Assembly (NCBI GenBank): GCA_965222605.1
Contig: OZ244960.1
Span: 5,632,001-5,696,000, forward strand
Length of the DNA stretch: 64,000 nucleotides
Direction: 5' to 3'
From: Candidatus Latescibacterota bacterium
GTDB taxonomy: Bacteria; Latescibacterota; UBA2968
The position numbers and the translations under genes are program-made. The notes beneath the pieces are model-generated. The model was not told where the DNA came from. It did not search any database and was given only the letters and a program-made list of their open reading frames with translations. Shown piece by piece: positions 49,815 to 58,706 of the stretch; the first letter of the stretch is position 1, and each line of letters starts with the position of its first letter.

Positions 49815-50639
49815 TTACTGCCTTTTACACAACGCTTCCAACAATTCTATCACGGGTGCCATAGATGCGTCGTTGCAGATTACAATATCGTAAGCGCGTA
49901 GATATGCAGCACTGTTTTCTTCGACTGCTTCGTTCAAAAATCCCATGCGAATGACACGGGTTGCATCGGCGTCATTTACCATCTGTGCATCTTCTATTGT
50001 ATCTCCCAGAAGGAGGACGTAGCCTTGTGGCGTACTTGCATGACGTGCTTTGTTAAAGCTGTGGATTACCGGCTCGCAAAATCCCGCCACTATGCCATGT
50101 GTATCGAATATCAATTTGTTTGCCGTCACTGTCACATTTGAGGTGAGCAATGTTCTAACGTTTAAGAATTTTGAAATTACGTTGCCAATGCCCGCGGATA
50201 AAATTAACAGGGGTATCTCTCTGTCTGCCAATATGTTAAAGAAATCTATGGCGCCATCGCGCAAGCGCATGAAATCTCGAACGGCAATGTCTTCTATTAT
50301 CTCCTCGGTAAGTCCATATTTCTGCATCATCGCAAGTGCTGCCATCCACCAGTCGCGCATGGCTTTTTGTTTTTTGCGGTGCGAGATTGTCTGCGATATT
50401 TCAATGGGGCGATATCGCGCGTACAGGCGATCCATTTCGACGCGATATGCCTCTCCCAAATAGGCTCCGTGTGCAATTGCCGAATAAGATGTCGCATCTT
50501 GCCCATCTTCTGTTCGCGCTTTTGTCAATGTGCGATCCCAATCGCTGACTACACATAGTTGCTCGATTCCCGTATAGCAGTTCAAATGCGCGATTTTGCC
50601 CTGTAGGGCATCCTGATCAGCAATCAATACGCGTTCCAT
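49815..50639 (-). CDS. pyrimidine 5'-nucleotidase (cN-III/UMPH-1)-like HAD hydrolase
   Basis: SDWDRTLT, WW, LRDG, LSAGIG, IHSFNK, LLGD, GFLN. Confidence 0.78.
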   Translation of the reverse strand: MERVLIADQDALQGKIAHLNCYTGIEQLCVVSDWDRTLTKARTEDGQDATSYSAIAHGAYLGEAYRVEMDRLYARYRPIEISQTISHRKKQKAMRDWWMAALAMMQKYGLTEEIIEDIAVRDFMRLRDGAIDFFNILADREIPLLILSAGIGNVISKFLNVRTLLTSNVTVTANKLIFDTHGIVAGFCEPVIHSFNKARHASTPQGYVLLLGDTIEDAQMVNDADATRVIRMGFLNEAVEENSAAYLRAYDIVICNDASMAPVIELLEALCKRQ

Positions 50640-50641
50640 AG

Positions 50642-51838
50642 TTATTGTTCAATCCGCTCGCTGATTTCACCTGTTTCTCTGTCTTTCACAATTCGTTTCA
50701 AGCGGCCATCGGGCATGCGCTCGGTTTTCAGGGTGACAAACTGCGCGTCTGTTTCTGCCGATTCGGTTTCCCGATCTACTTCACCGCCGCGCCATTCCAT
50801 TTCTATCGGTTCCCACTGCTTTGTTTTTGCCGATTTGTAACACGCATCTATAATTGCATTGACGACATAGCCGTCGTACAGTGTTTCCATTGGTTCGCGT
50901 CCTTCATCCCAGGCATTGAACATATCTACGAACATGTCTGAATAGCCCAATTCGGCGACTTCGTCGCCCACGGGGAAGAGCCAGCCAGTATCGCTTTCGG
51001 CTTTTTCTGCTACATAACCCCCTTGTCCCACAGCAGTAAACATGTCAAATCCCGTGCGCAACCAGTGGTTGAGCCAGATTGTTCCTTCTGTACCTGCGAC
51101 CTCGTCCCGCAGGTCCATGCCTCCGCGAAATGCCCATCCGACTTCAAATTGTCCCATGGATCCATTTTCAAATTTGATCAATCCAATCCCGTGATCCTCT
51201 GCTTCGACTGGATGTACGAGTGTGTCGGCCCAGCACATCGCTTCGACCGGGCGAATGCCTTTGCCGATGAAGTTGCGAATGATTTCGATGCAGTGACATC
51301 CCATATCGACAATCGCGCCGCCACCTGCTTTGTTTATGTCCCAGAACCAATCGCTGTGGGGACCGGGGTGTGTTTCGCGCGATCGCACCCACAAGATGCG
51401 TCCCAATGCCCCATTGTTCACGGATTCGAGGGCTTTTAAGGTTTTTGGGGGATATACCAGGTCTTCTAAATATCCGCCAAATACGCCCACTTTTTCTACC
51501 GCATTCAGGATTTGCTGAGCTTCATCAGCGGTGCGCCCGAGAGGTTTGGTACACAATACGGCTTTGCCAGCCTGGGCTGCGAGTGTTGCGGCTTCGAGAT
51601 GTAGATCGTTGGGCAATCCGATTACCACGCCATCGGTTTCCTCGTCTTCAATTGCAGCTTTGAGATCCGTTGTCCACCTGGGTATATCCCATTCTTCCGC
51701 AAATGTTCTGGCCCGTTCTTCGGTCCGCGAATACACGACTTGCACCCGATCAATTCCCCGATGTCTGTGCAAGGTCATGGTATAAAACATTCCGATCAAT
51801 CCAGTTCCCAACATGGTCAATTTATGTCCTTCAGCCAT
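50642..51838 (-). CDS. Gfo/Idh/MocA oxidoreductase
   Basis: [22 protein letters not shown]. Confidence 0.9.
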   Translation of the reverse strand: MAEGHKLTMLGTGLIGMFYTMTLHRHRGIDRVQVVYSRTEERARTFAEEWDIPRWTTDLKAAIEDEETDGVVIGLPNDLHLEAATLAAQAGKAVLCTKPLGRTADEAQQILNAVEKVGVFGGYLEDLVYPPKTLKALESVNNGALGRILWVRSRETHPGPHSDWFWDINKAGGGAIVDMGCHCIEIIRNFIGKGIRPVEAMCWADTLVHPVEAEDHGIGLIKFENGSMGQFEVGWAFRGGMDLRDEVAGTEGTIWLNHWLRTGFDMFTAVGQGGYVAEKAESDTGWLFPVGDEVAELGYSDMFVDMFNAWDEGREPMETLYDGYVVNAIIDACYKSAKTKQWEPIEMEWRGGEVDRETESAETDAQFVTLKTERMPDGRLKRIVKDRETGEISERIEQ

Positions 51839-51883
51839 TTTAAACTCCTTGTTTTTTTGTATCCTATAGGATACATTTAATAA

Positions 51884-52174
51884 ATGATAGAAATTCGTCA
51901 GACAAATGTTTACATCCAATGGTTTGACAAGTTACGTGATCGACACGCACGAGCACGTATTAATACCCGGATTCGGCGTCTCTCGCTGGGCAATTTTGGT
52001 GATGTAAAACCCGCTGGACAAGGTGTCTCAGAGTTGCGAATTAACTATGGTCCAGGCTACCGCGTGTATTTTATACAGCAAGGGCAAACGCTGGTCATCC
52101 TACTCGCGGGTGGTGACAAACGAACACAAAACCAAGATATTAAAACAGCACAGAATTTAGCGAGCAATCTATGA
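51884..52174 (+). CDS. type II TA toxin, RelE/ParE (addiction module killer) family
   Basis: [31 protein letters not shown]. Confidence 0.9.
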   Translation: MIEIRQTNVYIQWFDKLRDRHARARINTRIRRLSLGNFGDVKPAGQGVSELRINYGPGYRVYFIQQGQTLVILLAGGDKRTQNQDIKTAQNLASNL

Positions 52175-52184
52175 GGAGACAATC

Positions 52185-52472
52185 ATGGGAAAAACAAAAA
52201 CACATCCATGGAATGCTGCGACTCATTTAAAAACTAAAGAAGATATCGCCGCGTATCTCGAAGCCGTGCTCGAAGATGGCGACCCCAATTTAATCACTGC
52301 TGCTTTAGGTGACATAGCATGCGCTAAAGGTATGACACAAATTGCCCGTGAAACTGGTCTTGGACGCGCAAGCCTCTACAAAGCATTGTCACCTGAAGGT
52401 AATCCGGGTTTTGCCACAGTGCTCAAGGTTATACACGCATTGGGCTTGCGGTTGCATGCGACCCCTATTTGA
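52185..52472 (+). CDS. addiction module antidote protein (HTH)
   Basis: ALGDIA..GMTQIARETGLGRASLYKALS..GNP. Confidence 0.9.
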   Translation: MGKTKTHPWNAATHLKTKEDIAAYLEAVLEDGDPNLITAALGDIACAKGMTQIARETGLGRASLYKALSPEGNPGFATVLKVIHALGLRLHATPI

Positions 52473-52517
52473 TTATAAAGAAAGCTATCAGCGGTCAGCC
52501 CATCCAAACCGAAATTT

Positions 52518-53084
52518 TCATAACTTTTGCCCAAATAACTCTGGTTGAATCACGCCTTCATGCATTAAGAGAAATCTTTTCTTGTCCATCCCACCGGCAT
52601 ATCCCGTTAGATGGCCAGATGCGCCGATCACACGGTGACAGGGTACCACTATTGCCACGGGATTTTTGCCATTGGCCGCGCCCACGGCTTGTGATGCGCC
52701 CGCATTGCCCAATGCACGGGCGATATCGCCGTAGGTTCGCGTCTCTCCGAAGGGTATCTCCAGCAATAATTTCCACACGCACTTCTGAAAATCTGTTCCA
52801 CGCAAGTCCAGTGGCAAATCGAAAACTTGCAGCGTTCCATCAAAATACATCGCGAGTTGTTCGACTGCCGTATTTATTATTGGATGATCTGCTGCGCGAG
52901 GGAAATTTATCTTCGCCTGTTCCGTTCGATCACTTCCAAATGCAATCGCATGTACGCCATTATCTGAGGCCAACACGATTAACGGTCCTATTGGACTTGC
53001 TGCCTCTTCCCATACGGTCTCACGCGGCAATTGTTTTAATATTTGTAAATATAGCACAGGGACCTCCGTGAAGGTGAAATACAT
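52518..53084 (-). CDS. ogt: methylated-DNA--protein-cysteine methyltransferase
   Basis: GTDFQ, IPFGETRTY, PCHRV active site. Confidence 0.9.
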   Translation of the reverse strand: MYFTFTEVPVLYLQILKQLPRETVWEEAASPIGPLIVLASDNGVHAIAFGSDRTEQAKINFPRAADHPIINTAVEQLAMYFDGTLQVFDLPLDLRGTDFQKCVWKLLLEIPFGETRTYGDIARALGNAGASQAVGAANGKNPVAIVVPCHRVIGASGHLTGYAGGMDKKRFLLMHEGVIQPELFGQKL

Positions 53085-53098
53085 CTTACCTTAAATTA

Positions 53099-54271
53099 CT
53101 GATGTTACGCACCGGTTGAATAATGTTTTATATTCCAAGGATGTAGCCCCCCGTATGGGTTTTGTCATCCCTGTGACCTTGCAAATTATGGTGGTAGATT
53201 AAAAATATGGACAAAAAACTCTTAGAATTGTATAGCGATTACCTCCTCAGTTCCTTTGGCGCGACCACAGCAACGGGTTTATCCGCGCTGTTGGAAGGCC
53301 GCATAAGCCATGATCGGGTCACGCGTTTTCTCTCACAAGCAGACTATAATGGCAAAACGCTGTGGCGACAGGTTAAGGGTATGATCCGTGACATCGAACA
53401 GGATGATGGCGTGCTCATCTTTGATGATACGATCCAGGAAAAGCCTTATACAGATGAGAATGACTTAATCTGTTGGCACTATGATCACAGTCAAAATCGC
53501 ACGGTCAAGGGTATCAATCTGCTTAATTGTGTCTATCACGCAAGCGATGTCAGCTTACCCGTGACTTACGAGTTGATCACCAAACCGGCCCTCTATACCG
53601 ATGTGAAGACCCGTCGCGTCAAGCGCAAGAGCCTGGTCACAAAAAATGACCTGATGCGGGACATGTTAGGTGTGTGCAAGCAAAATCGCTTGAAATATCG
53701 CTATGTATTGGCCGATAGTTGGTTCTCAGCAAAGGAAAACTTACAGTTTATTCGCAACAGCTTGGATAAGCACTTCGTTGTCGCAATAAAATCTAACAGG
53801 ACGGTTGCCTTGAGCTATGAAGATAAACGAGATGGACGTTTCGCACGCATTGATGCTCAAAACCTGACAGAAGATACGCCTGTGCAAGCATGGATAAAAG
53901 GATTAGATTTTCCCGTCCTTTTAATCCGGCAAGTCTTTACAAACAAAGATGATAGCACAGGAGAGATGTTTCTGGCTTGTAGTGATCTTACTTGTGATGG
54001 CGAAACCATCGAAACGATCTATCAAAAACGATGGAAAGTGGAGACGTTTCATAAAACCCTCAAGTCCAATGCCGCCCTATCCAAGTCCCCAACAAGGCGC
54101 GTGCGTACACAAAGCAATCATTGTTTTATGGCTATTTATGCCGCCGCTCAATTGGAAGGCCTGCGCGTCAAACATCACCTCAATCATTTTGCCCTCAGGT
54201 CAAGACTCTATCTCAAGGCCATTCGGTATGCTTTTGATGAACTACAAATTCTTAAAACTGCGTAACATCAG
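53099..54271 (+). mobile_element. insertion sequence (IS701-like DDE), complete
   Basis: 13-bp perfect IRs ctgatgttacgca / tgcgtaacatcag; 8-bp direct repeat ttaaatta at 53091-53098 and 54272-54279. Confidence 0.9.
53207..54265 (+). CDS. DDE transposase
   Basis: SHDRVTRFL, IFDDT, LADSWF, YQKRWKVETFHK. Confidence 0.92.
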   Translation: MDKKLLELYSDYLLSSFGATTATGLSALLEGRISHDRVTRFLSQADYNGKTLWRQVKGMIRDIEQDDGVLIFDDTIQEKPYTDENDLICWHYDHSQNRTVKGINLLNCVYHASDVSLPVTYELITKPALYTDVKTRRVKRKSLVTKNDLMRDMLGVCKQNRLKYRYVLADSWFSAKENLQFIRNSLDKHFVVAIKSNRTVALSYEDKRDGRFARIDAQNLTEDTPVQAWIKGLDFPVLLIRQVFTNKDDSTGEMFLACSDLTCDGETIETIYQKRWKVETFHKTLKSNAALSKSPTRRVRTQSNHCFMAIYAAAQLEGLRVKHHLNHFALRSRLYLKAIRYAFDELQILKTA

Positions 54272-54282
54272 TTAAATTATAC

Positions 54283-54323
54283 AAAAAAACGGGACGTATG
54301 CTCAAAAGAACATACGTCCCGTT
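54283..54323 (-). terminator. intrinsic terminator (minus strand)
   Basis: aacgggacgtatg / catacgtcccgtt 13-bp stem with A7 on the left. Confidence 0.75.
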
Positions 54324-54344
54324 GGGAGGAGAAAGAGTGGTCGT

Positions 54345-54593
54345 TTACTCAATCGGCTTAAAACAGTATCCCACGCCTCTCACCGTGCGGATCATTTCCT
54401 GTGCTGTGCTCAGTTTTGCGCGCATGCGACGAATATGTGCATCTACCATCCGTCCATTGCCCAGATGGTTGTATCCCCATACGGCGTTGAGTAAATCTCT
54501 GCGCGATTGTACGCGTCCGGCGCGTTCCATCAGTGTGAATAGCAACTGAAATTCAATTGGCGTCAAATTTTTGACTTCATTCCCAATAGTCAC
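54345..54593 (-). pseudogene. OmpR-family winged-helix domain only (truncated response regulator or stand-alone)
   Basis: LTPIEFQLL..VWGY..VDAHIRRMRAKL..IRTVRGVGY; in-frame TGA just upstream, no receiver domain. Confidence 0.65.
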
Positions 54594-54756
54594 TTTGATG
54601 GCGCGAGTTCATACTACTGTACACAGGTCACAGTCCTATTTCAAAAGTGTTGCGGTTTAGTGACAATTTCGATAGATAAACGCAGTCAGGTCTCATTGCA
54701 CCGATTTTAGAGGATTTACAGATCAAATGCAGGCGCAGTTTATCCCATCTCAATCC

Positions 54757-54785
54757 TTGAATCCCCTCGTATTCCGTGTTATATT
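54757..54785 (+). promoter_or_regulatory. putative sigma70 promoter
   Basis: TTGAAT-17nt-TATATT ahead of 54834. Confidence 0.45.
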
Positions 54786-54833
54786 GGGCGGTCTTTGGAG
54801 TTTCTGCTATTTCAACTAAGACAGGACGCCGGC

Positions 54834-55658
54834 ATGGCTGAATATAGAAAACCAGTAGATGTATTGCTTACACTTGGCGATCCACGAGAACTTTCGGATC
54901 AATGGCTCGATTATTCGGAATACGGGATTGGTGCAGAACATATTTCCGATTTGATCCAATTGGCGACCGATTCAGAATTGTATTGGGCAGATTCGGAGAG
55001 TTTAGAAGTTTGGGCGCCAACCCATGCATGGCGAGCATTGGGACAGTTGCGTGCAGAGGAGGCGATTAAACCCCTCCTCAATTTGTTTCACGAACTGGAA
55101 GAAGATGATTGGGTCGGAGAGGAATTGCCCACAGTATATGGCATGATCGGGGCGGCTGCTATTCCCGCTCTGACAGCGTATCTTGCGGATACTTCTCGCG
55201 GTATATCTCCTCGGATTAGTGCAGCACAGGCATTGTTTGATATTGCAATGTCACAGGCCGAAGCGCAGGAGGCATGTATTACCGCCCTAACACGGCAGTT
55301 AGAGGCGTTTCGGAAAAATGACCGCGAATTGAATGGATTTCTGATCAGTTATCTGGTTGACTTGCAAGCGATAGAAATAGCACCGCTTATGCAAAGAGCT
55401 TATGCGGCTGGCCGTGTAGATGAGATAGTTATGGGAGATTGGGAAGATGTGCAGGTTGAATTGGGATTGAAACCTTATGTCGAAAGAGATGCCGACTTCT
55501 TCATGGACGATATCGAAGACGTTGACCCTGAAGACAGACCCTTTGCCTTCAAGCCTCAGAGTGCGGCAAAACGCAAGAAAGCAAAAACAAAACGAAACAT
55601 GGCGCGAAAATCTCGAAAGCAGAATCGAAAGAAAAAGAAAAGAAAAAAGAAGAGATAG
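54834..55658 (+). CDS. HEAT-repeat / DUF1186-like protein with basic tail
   Basis: WAPTHAWRALGQLRAEEA; Lys/Arg-rich C-terminus. Confidence 0.7.
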   Translation: MAEYRKPVDVLLTLGDPRELSDQWLDYSEYGIGAEHISDLIQLATDSELYWADSESLEVWAPTHAWRALGQLRAEEAIKPLLNLFHELEEDDWVGEELPTVYGMIGAAAIPALTAYLADTSRGISPRISAAQALFDIAMSQAEAQEACITALTRQLEAFRKNDRELNGFLISYLVDLQAIEIAPLMQRAYAAGRVDEIVMGDWEDVQVELGLKPYVERDADFFMDDIEDVDPEDRPFAFKPQSAAKRKKAKTKRNMARKSRKQNRKKKKRKKKR

Positions 55659-55733
55659 CGGTGTGAAGTGTGAAGATCGATTGCCGACTAAAATATAAGC
55701 CACAATCCGTTTAAAATATCGAGAAAGGTAAAT

Positions 55734-56522
55734 ATGCCACTGGAAAACCTGCTGACATTGGTAAAAAAGCTCCGAGAGCGTATTGATAGTCATGGCGATG
55801 CGCTCAGAAAAAGTGAAGCGTTGACCCGCTACGTGCTGATTGACCCACTTCTGCGTGAACTGGGTTGGGATACCGAAGACCCGGCATTGGTAAAACCCGA
55901 ATACGGTTCAGGCAGAGGCTTCGCGGATTATGCACTTTTCAGCAATAACGGTCCCATAATGATGTTGGAAGCCAAGAAGCTGGATGAGTCTCTGGTGGGT
56001 GCGCGTAGGCAGGCTGTAGATTACGCCATGGATGAGACAGGAATTAAAACTCGCTATCTTTCGGTAACTGATGGCGCGTGTTGGGAAATATACGATACAA
56101 ACAAGCCCGTATCTGATATGTTAGCAGCATCATTCGATCTGAAGAGTCCCTCGGCGGCGGATACGTGCCTGAAAGCGTTGGCTCTGTGGAGGCCCAGCGT
56201 AATTTCAGGTCCGATTGCTGTTGGGGCAACTCCTGTTATCGGATCGCCTGAGAAACAGCGCGATAATGTCGCGGCCATTCCATTCCCTGAAGAAAAAACA
56301 GAAGTGCTCCAGACGCCGCTGGAAGTGATCGACATCAATCAGGCGACAGCAAAAGATCTCGAGCATCTGCCCGGGATTGGACCTGCAACGGCGCGGCGCA
56401 TTGTGGACTACCGCAAAAAGAATGGGCCATTTGAACAAATTGAAGATATCACAAAGGTCAGAGATATTGGTACTAAGACCTTCGAGAAATTGAGTTCCCG
56501 CATCACGATAAGTACACCATGA
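55734..56522 (+). CDS. HsdR-N-like restriction endonuclease domain fused to ComEA-type helix-hairpin-helix
   Basis: EALTRYVLIDPLLRELGWD..ADYAL..EAKK; IDINQATAKDLEHLPGIGPATARRIVDYRKKNGPF. Confidence 0.75.
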   Translation: MPLENLLTLVKKLRERIDSHGDALRKSEALTRYVLIDPLLRELGWDTEDPALVKPEYGSGRGFADYALFSNNGPIMMLEAKKLDESLVGARRQAVDYAMDETGIKTRYLSVTDGACWEIYDTNKPVSDMLAASFDLKSPSAADTCLKALALWRPSVISGPIAVGATPVIGSPEKQRDNVAAIPFPEEKTEVLQTPLEVIDINQATAKDLEHLPGIGPATARRIVDYRKKNGPFEQIEDITKVRDIGTKTFEKLSSRITISTP

Positions 56523-56736
56523 ACTTCCCTTCTATTCGCTGAGTTGTAGGTTACAGCCTGTGCGCATCTCGCCTTTCATCTGCATTTATCTGCGTTTATC
56601 TGCGGATACTCGCCTTTCTTTTTTGACTTCTGTGCTTTTTGTGGCTTTTTGGTCTTTTATCCACTTATTACTCTGACCTACGGGTTTTAATCCTGATCAT
56701 CCTTTCATCCTGCTTATCCTGATTCTGACAGTTTTC

Positions 56737-58692
56737 ATGGCCCTTTCATCTGAAATACAAGCAGAAACATCTCCCGCTCCGGATACGATAACTTTTCGGT
56801 CTATTTTATTGGGGTTGGTGACCATTGCGGTTGCTACGTGGTATATGAGTTATTTTGCGGGGAATCTGGTCAAGAGCTATTTGCCCGTGGCCGCTTTGAT
56901 TCCCTTTGTGATGTGGGTGGGGATCAATGCGGGGATGATTCATTTCGCGCCTCGATTCGCGCTGTCTCGCATTGAGTTGCTCACGATTTTTTCGATGATG
57001 TGGATTGTAGGCAGTTTGCCAGCGGTGGGGTGGGGGTTTTATGCGGTGAGCTTGATTCCGTCGCCCGAGTTTTTCGCCTCGCCGGAAAATCGCTTGCGAG
57101 ATGCGGTCATTCCCTTTTTGCCCCGGTGGTTCTTTTTAGACGCCAATATACCCGAGGTAAGGGCAGTGTACACCGGGCGTCATCGCGGCGATCCCGTGCC
57201 GTGGTTGCTGTGGGTACGGCCTTTTTTCTGGTGGTTTGTCGGCTGTATCAGCGCGGTGATGGCGGGATTTTTCGGCAGCGTACTTTTTTTTAAGCAGTGG
57301 CAGGAAAAAGAGCGCCTGGTCTTTCCCATGTCCGAATTTCCCGTGGCTTTGATCGAGGGCGCAGATGAAGGTCGCGTGCCCGCTGTGTTGCAAGACAAAA
57401 TTTTCTGGATCGGGTTCTGGTGTGTGGCTGGCGTGATTTGCTGGAATATTGTGGGTTATTTTCAACTGAATATGCCGCGGATTACGGTTTTTGATCACTA
57501 TCTCACCAAAACGGTGGATTTAGGACCGTATTTCCCGGCGTATTATTTGCGCGTGCAACCGCTGATTATGGGCCTGGCCTATCTTTGTCCGGTGGATATG
57601 TTGTTCAGTGTGTGGTTTTACAATGTGATCAATATTTTCAAGGTGGGGTTGCTGAATCGAACGGGCTTTACGGTGGGATTAGAAGGACAACCCGCCAAGG
57701 CCGGCGAGATTGCGATGCTCGAGATGCACGGTGCGCTGGCATGTCTGGTGCTGTGGTCGGTGTGGGTTGCGCGGAAGCACTTAAAGGAGACGGTTCAAAA
57801 AGCGTTGCACCGTTCCCGTATGGTTGATGATGGTGTGCCCGTTACGTATCGCACGGCCTGGGTTGGCCTAAGTTTAGCAACGGTTGGTATCGGCGGTTGG
57901 ATGATGTCTTCGGGGGTGGGGTTCTGGGCGATGGTGGGGCAACTCATTCTGATGTTTATGTGTTATTTTGGCATTGCGAAATACGCGGCAGCGACTGGTT
58001 TTACCTTTCTCAATCCCGCTGGCGGTAAGGGCGTGGCGCTGATTCACTCTTTGATTGGTACGTCAAAACTTTCGCCCACGTCTCAGTCGATGCTGATCTT
58101 GTTCAATCGCAATGTGTTTTTAGGGGCTTCAATCCGAACGACATGTCTGGCTGCTATTCCGCATATTTTTCGCATGTTTGGCAATTCGCTGCGCCGGCAT
58201 CCGTGGATATGGGGGATGGTCCCTCTGGCGTATTTGATCGGGTATATGAGTGCGGGGGGTTTTTATTTGTTCCGGTGTTATGACGAAGGCGGGTTGAATG
58301 GGCTACTGGTGTCGTGGCCTATGGATTCACTCATTTCGCGGGTGCCCTATATTGAGGGCAGTAAAATATCGGTTTTTGATACGCAAAAGCTCGGTGTGTG
58401 GTTGTTTGGATTTGCCGAAGCAGGTGTTTTGACTTATTTGCGTTCGCAGTTTGCGTGGTGGCCTTTTCATCCGGTCGCCATTGCGTTTCCGCCCGGGCGA
58501 TATGCGTTTTGTTTGTTGCTCGTGTGGCTGGTGAAGGTGGTCGTGTTGCGATTTGGGGGCGTGCAGCTTTACAGGCGGTCGCTGCCGTTCTGGTATGGCG
58601 TGATTGTCGGATATTTGTTTGGTATTGCTCTGTCGAGTGTTGTGGATGCGATCTGGTTTCCAGATGGCAAGCATTTTGTTCACGGTTGGTAA
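56737..58692 (+). CDS. polytopic membrane protein (DUF6785/DUF6784-like, possible transporter)
   Basis: many TM segments; KQWQEKERLVFP, WWPFHPV, LRFGG motifs. Confidence 0.7.
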   Translation: MALSSEIQAETSPAPDTITFRSILLGLVTIAVATWYMSYFAGNLVKSYLPVAALIPFVMWVGINAGMIHFAPRFALSRIELLTIFSMMWIVGSLPAVGWGFYAVSLIPSPEFFASPENRLRDAVIPFLPRWFFLDANIPEVRAVYTGRHRGDPVPWLLWVRPFFWWFVGCISAVMAGFFGSVLFFKQWQEKERLVFPMSEFPVALIEGADEGRVPAVLQDKIFWIGFWCVAGVICWNIVGYFQLNMPRITVFDHYLTKTVDLGPYFPAYYLRVQPLIMGLAYLCPVDMLFSVWFYNVINIFKVGLLNRTGFTVGLEGQPAKAGEIAMLEMHGALACLVLWSVWVARKHLKETVQKALHRSRMVDDGVPVTYRTAWVGLSLATVGIGGWMMSSGVGFWAMVGQLILMFMCYFGIAKYAAATGFTFLNPAGGKGVALIHSLIGTSKLSPTSQSMLILFNRNVFLGASIRTTCLAAIPHIFRMFGNSLRRHPWIWGMVPLAYLIGYMSAGGFYLFRCYDEGGLNGLLVSWPMDSLISRVPYIEGSKISVFDTQKLGVWLFGFAEAGVLTYLRSQFAWWPFHPVAIAFPPGRYAFCLLLVWLVKVVVLRFGGVQLYRRSLPFWYGVIVGYLFGIALSSVVDAIWFPDGKHFVHGW

Positions 58693-58706
58693 GGGGGAGT
58701 GCGATT

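Noticed and set aside
58398-58706. N-terminal extension of the 840-aa ORF
   Set aside because: Overlaps the upstream membrane gene by about 300 bp; ATG 58707 has an RBS.
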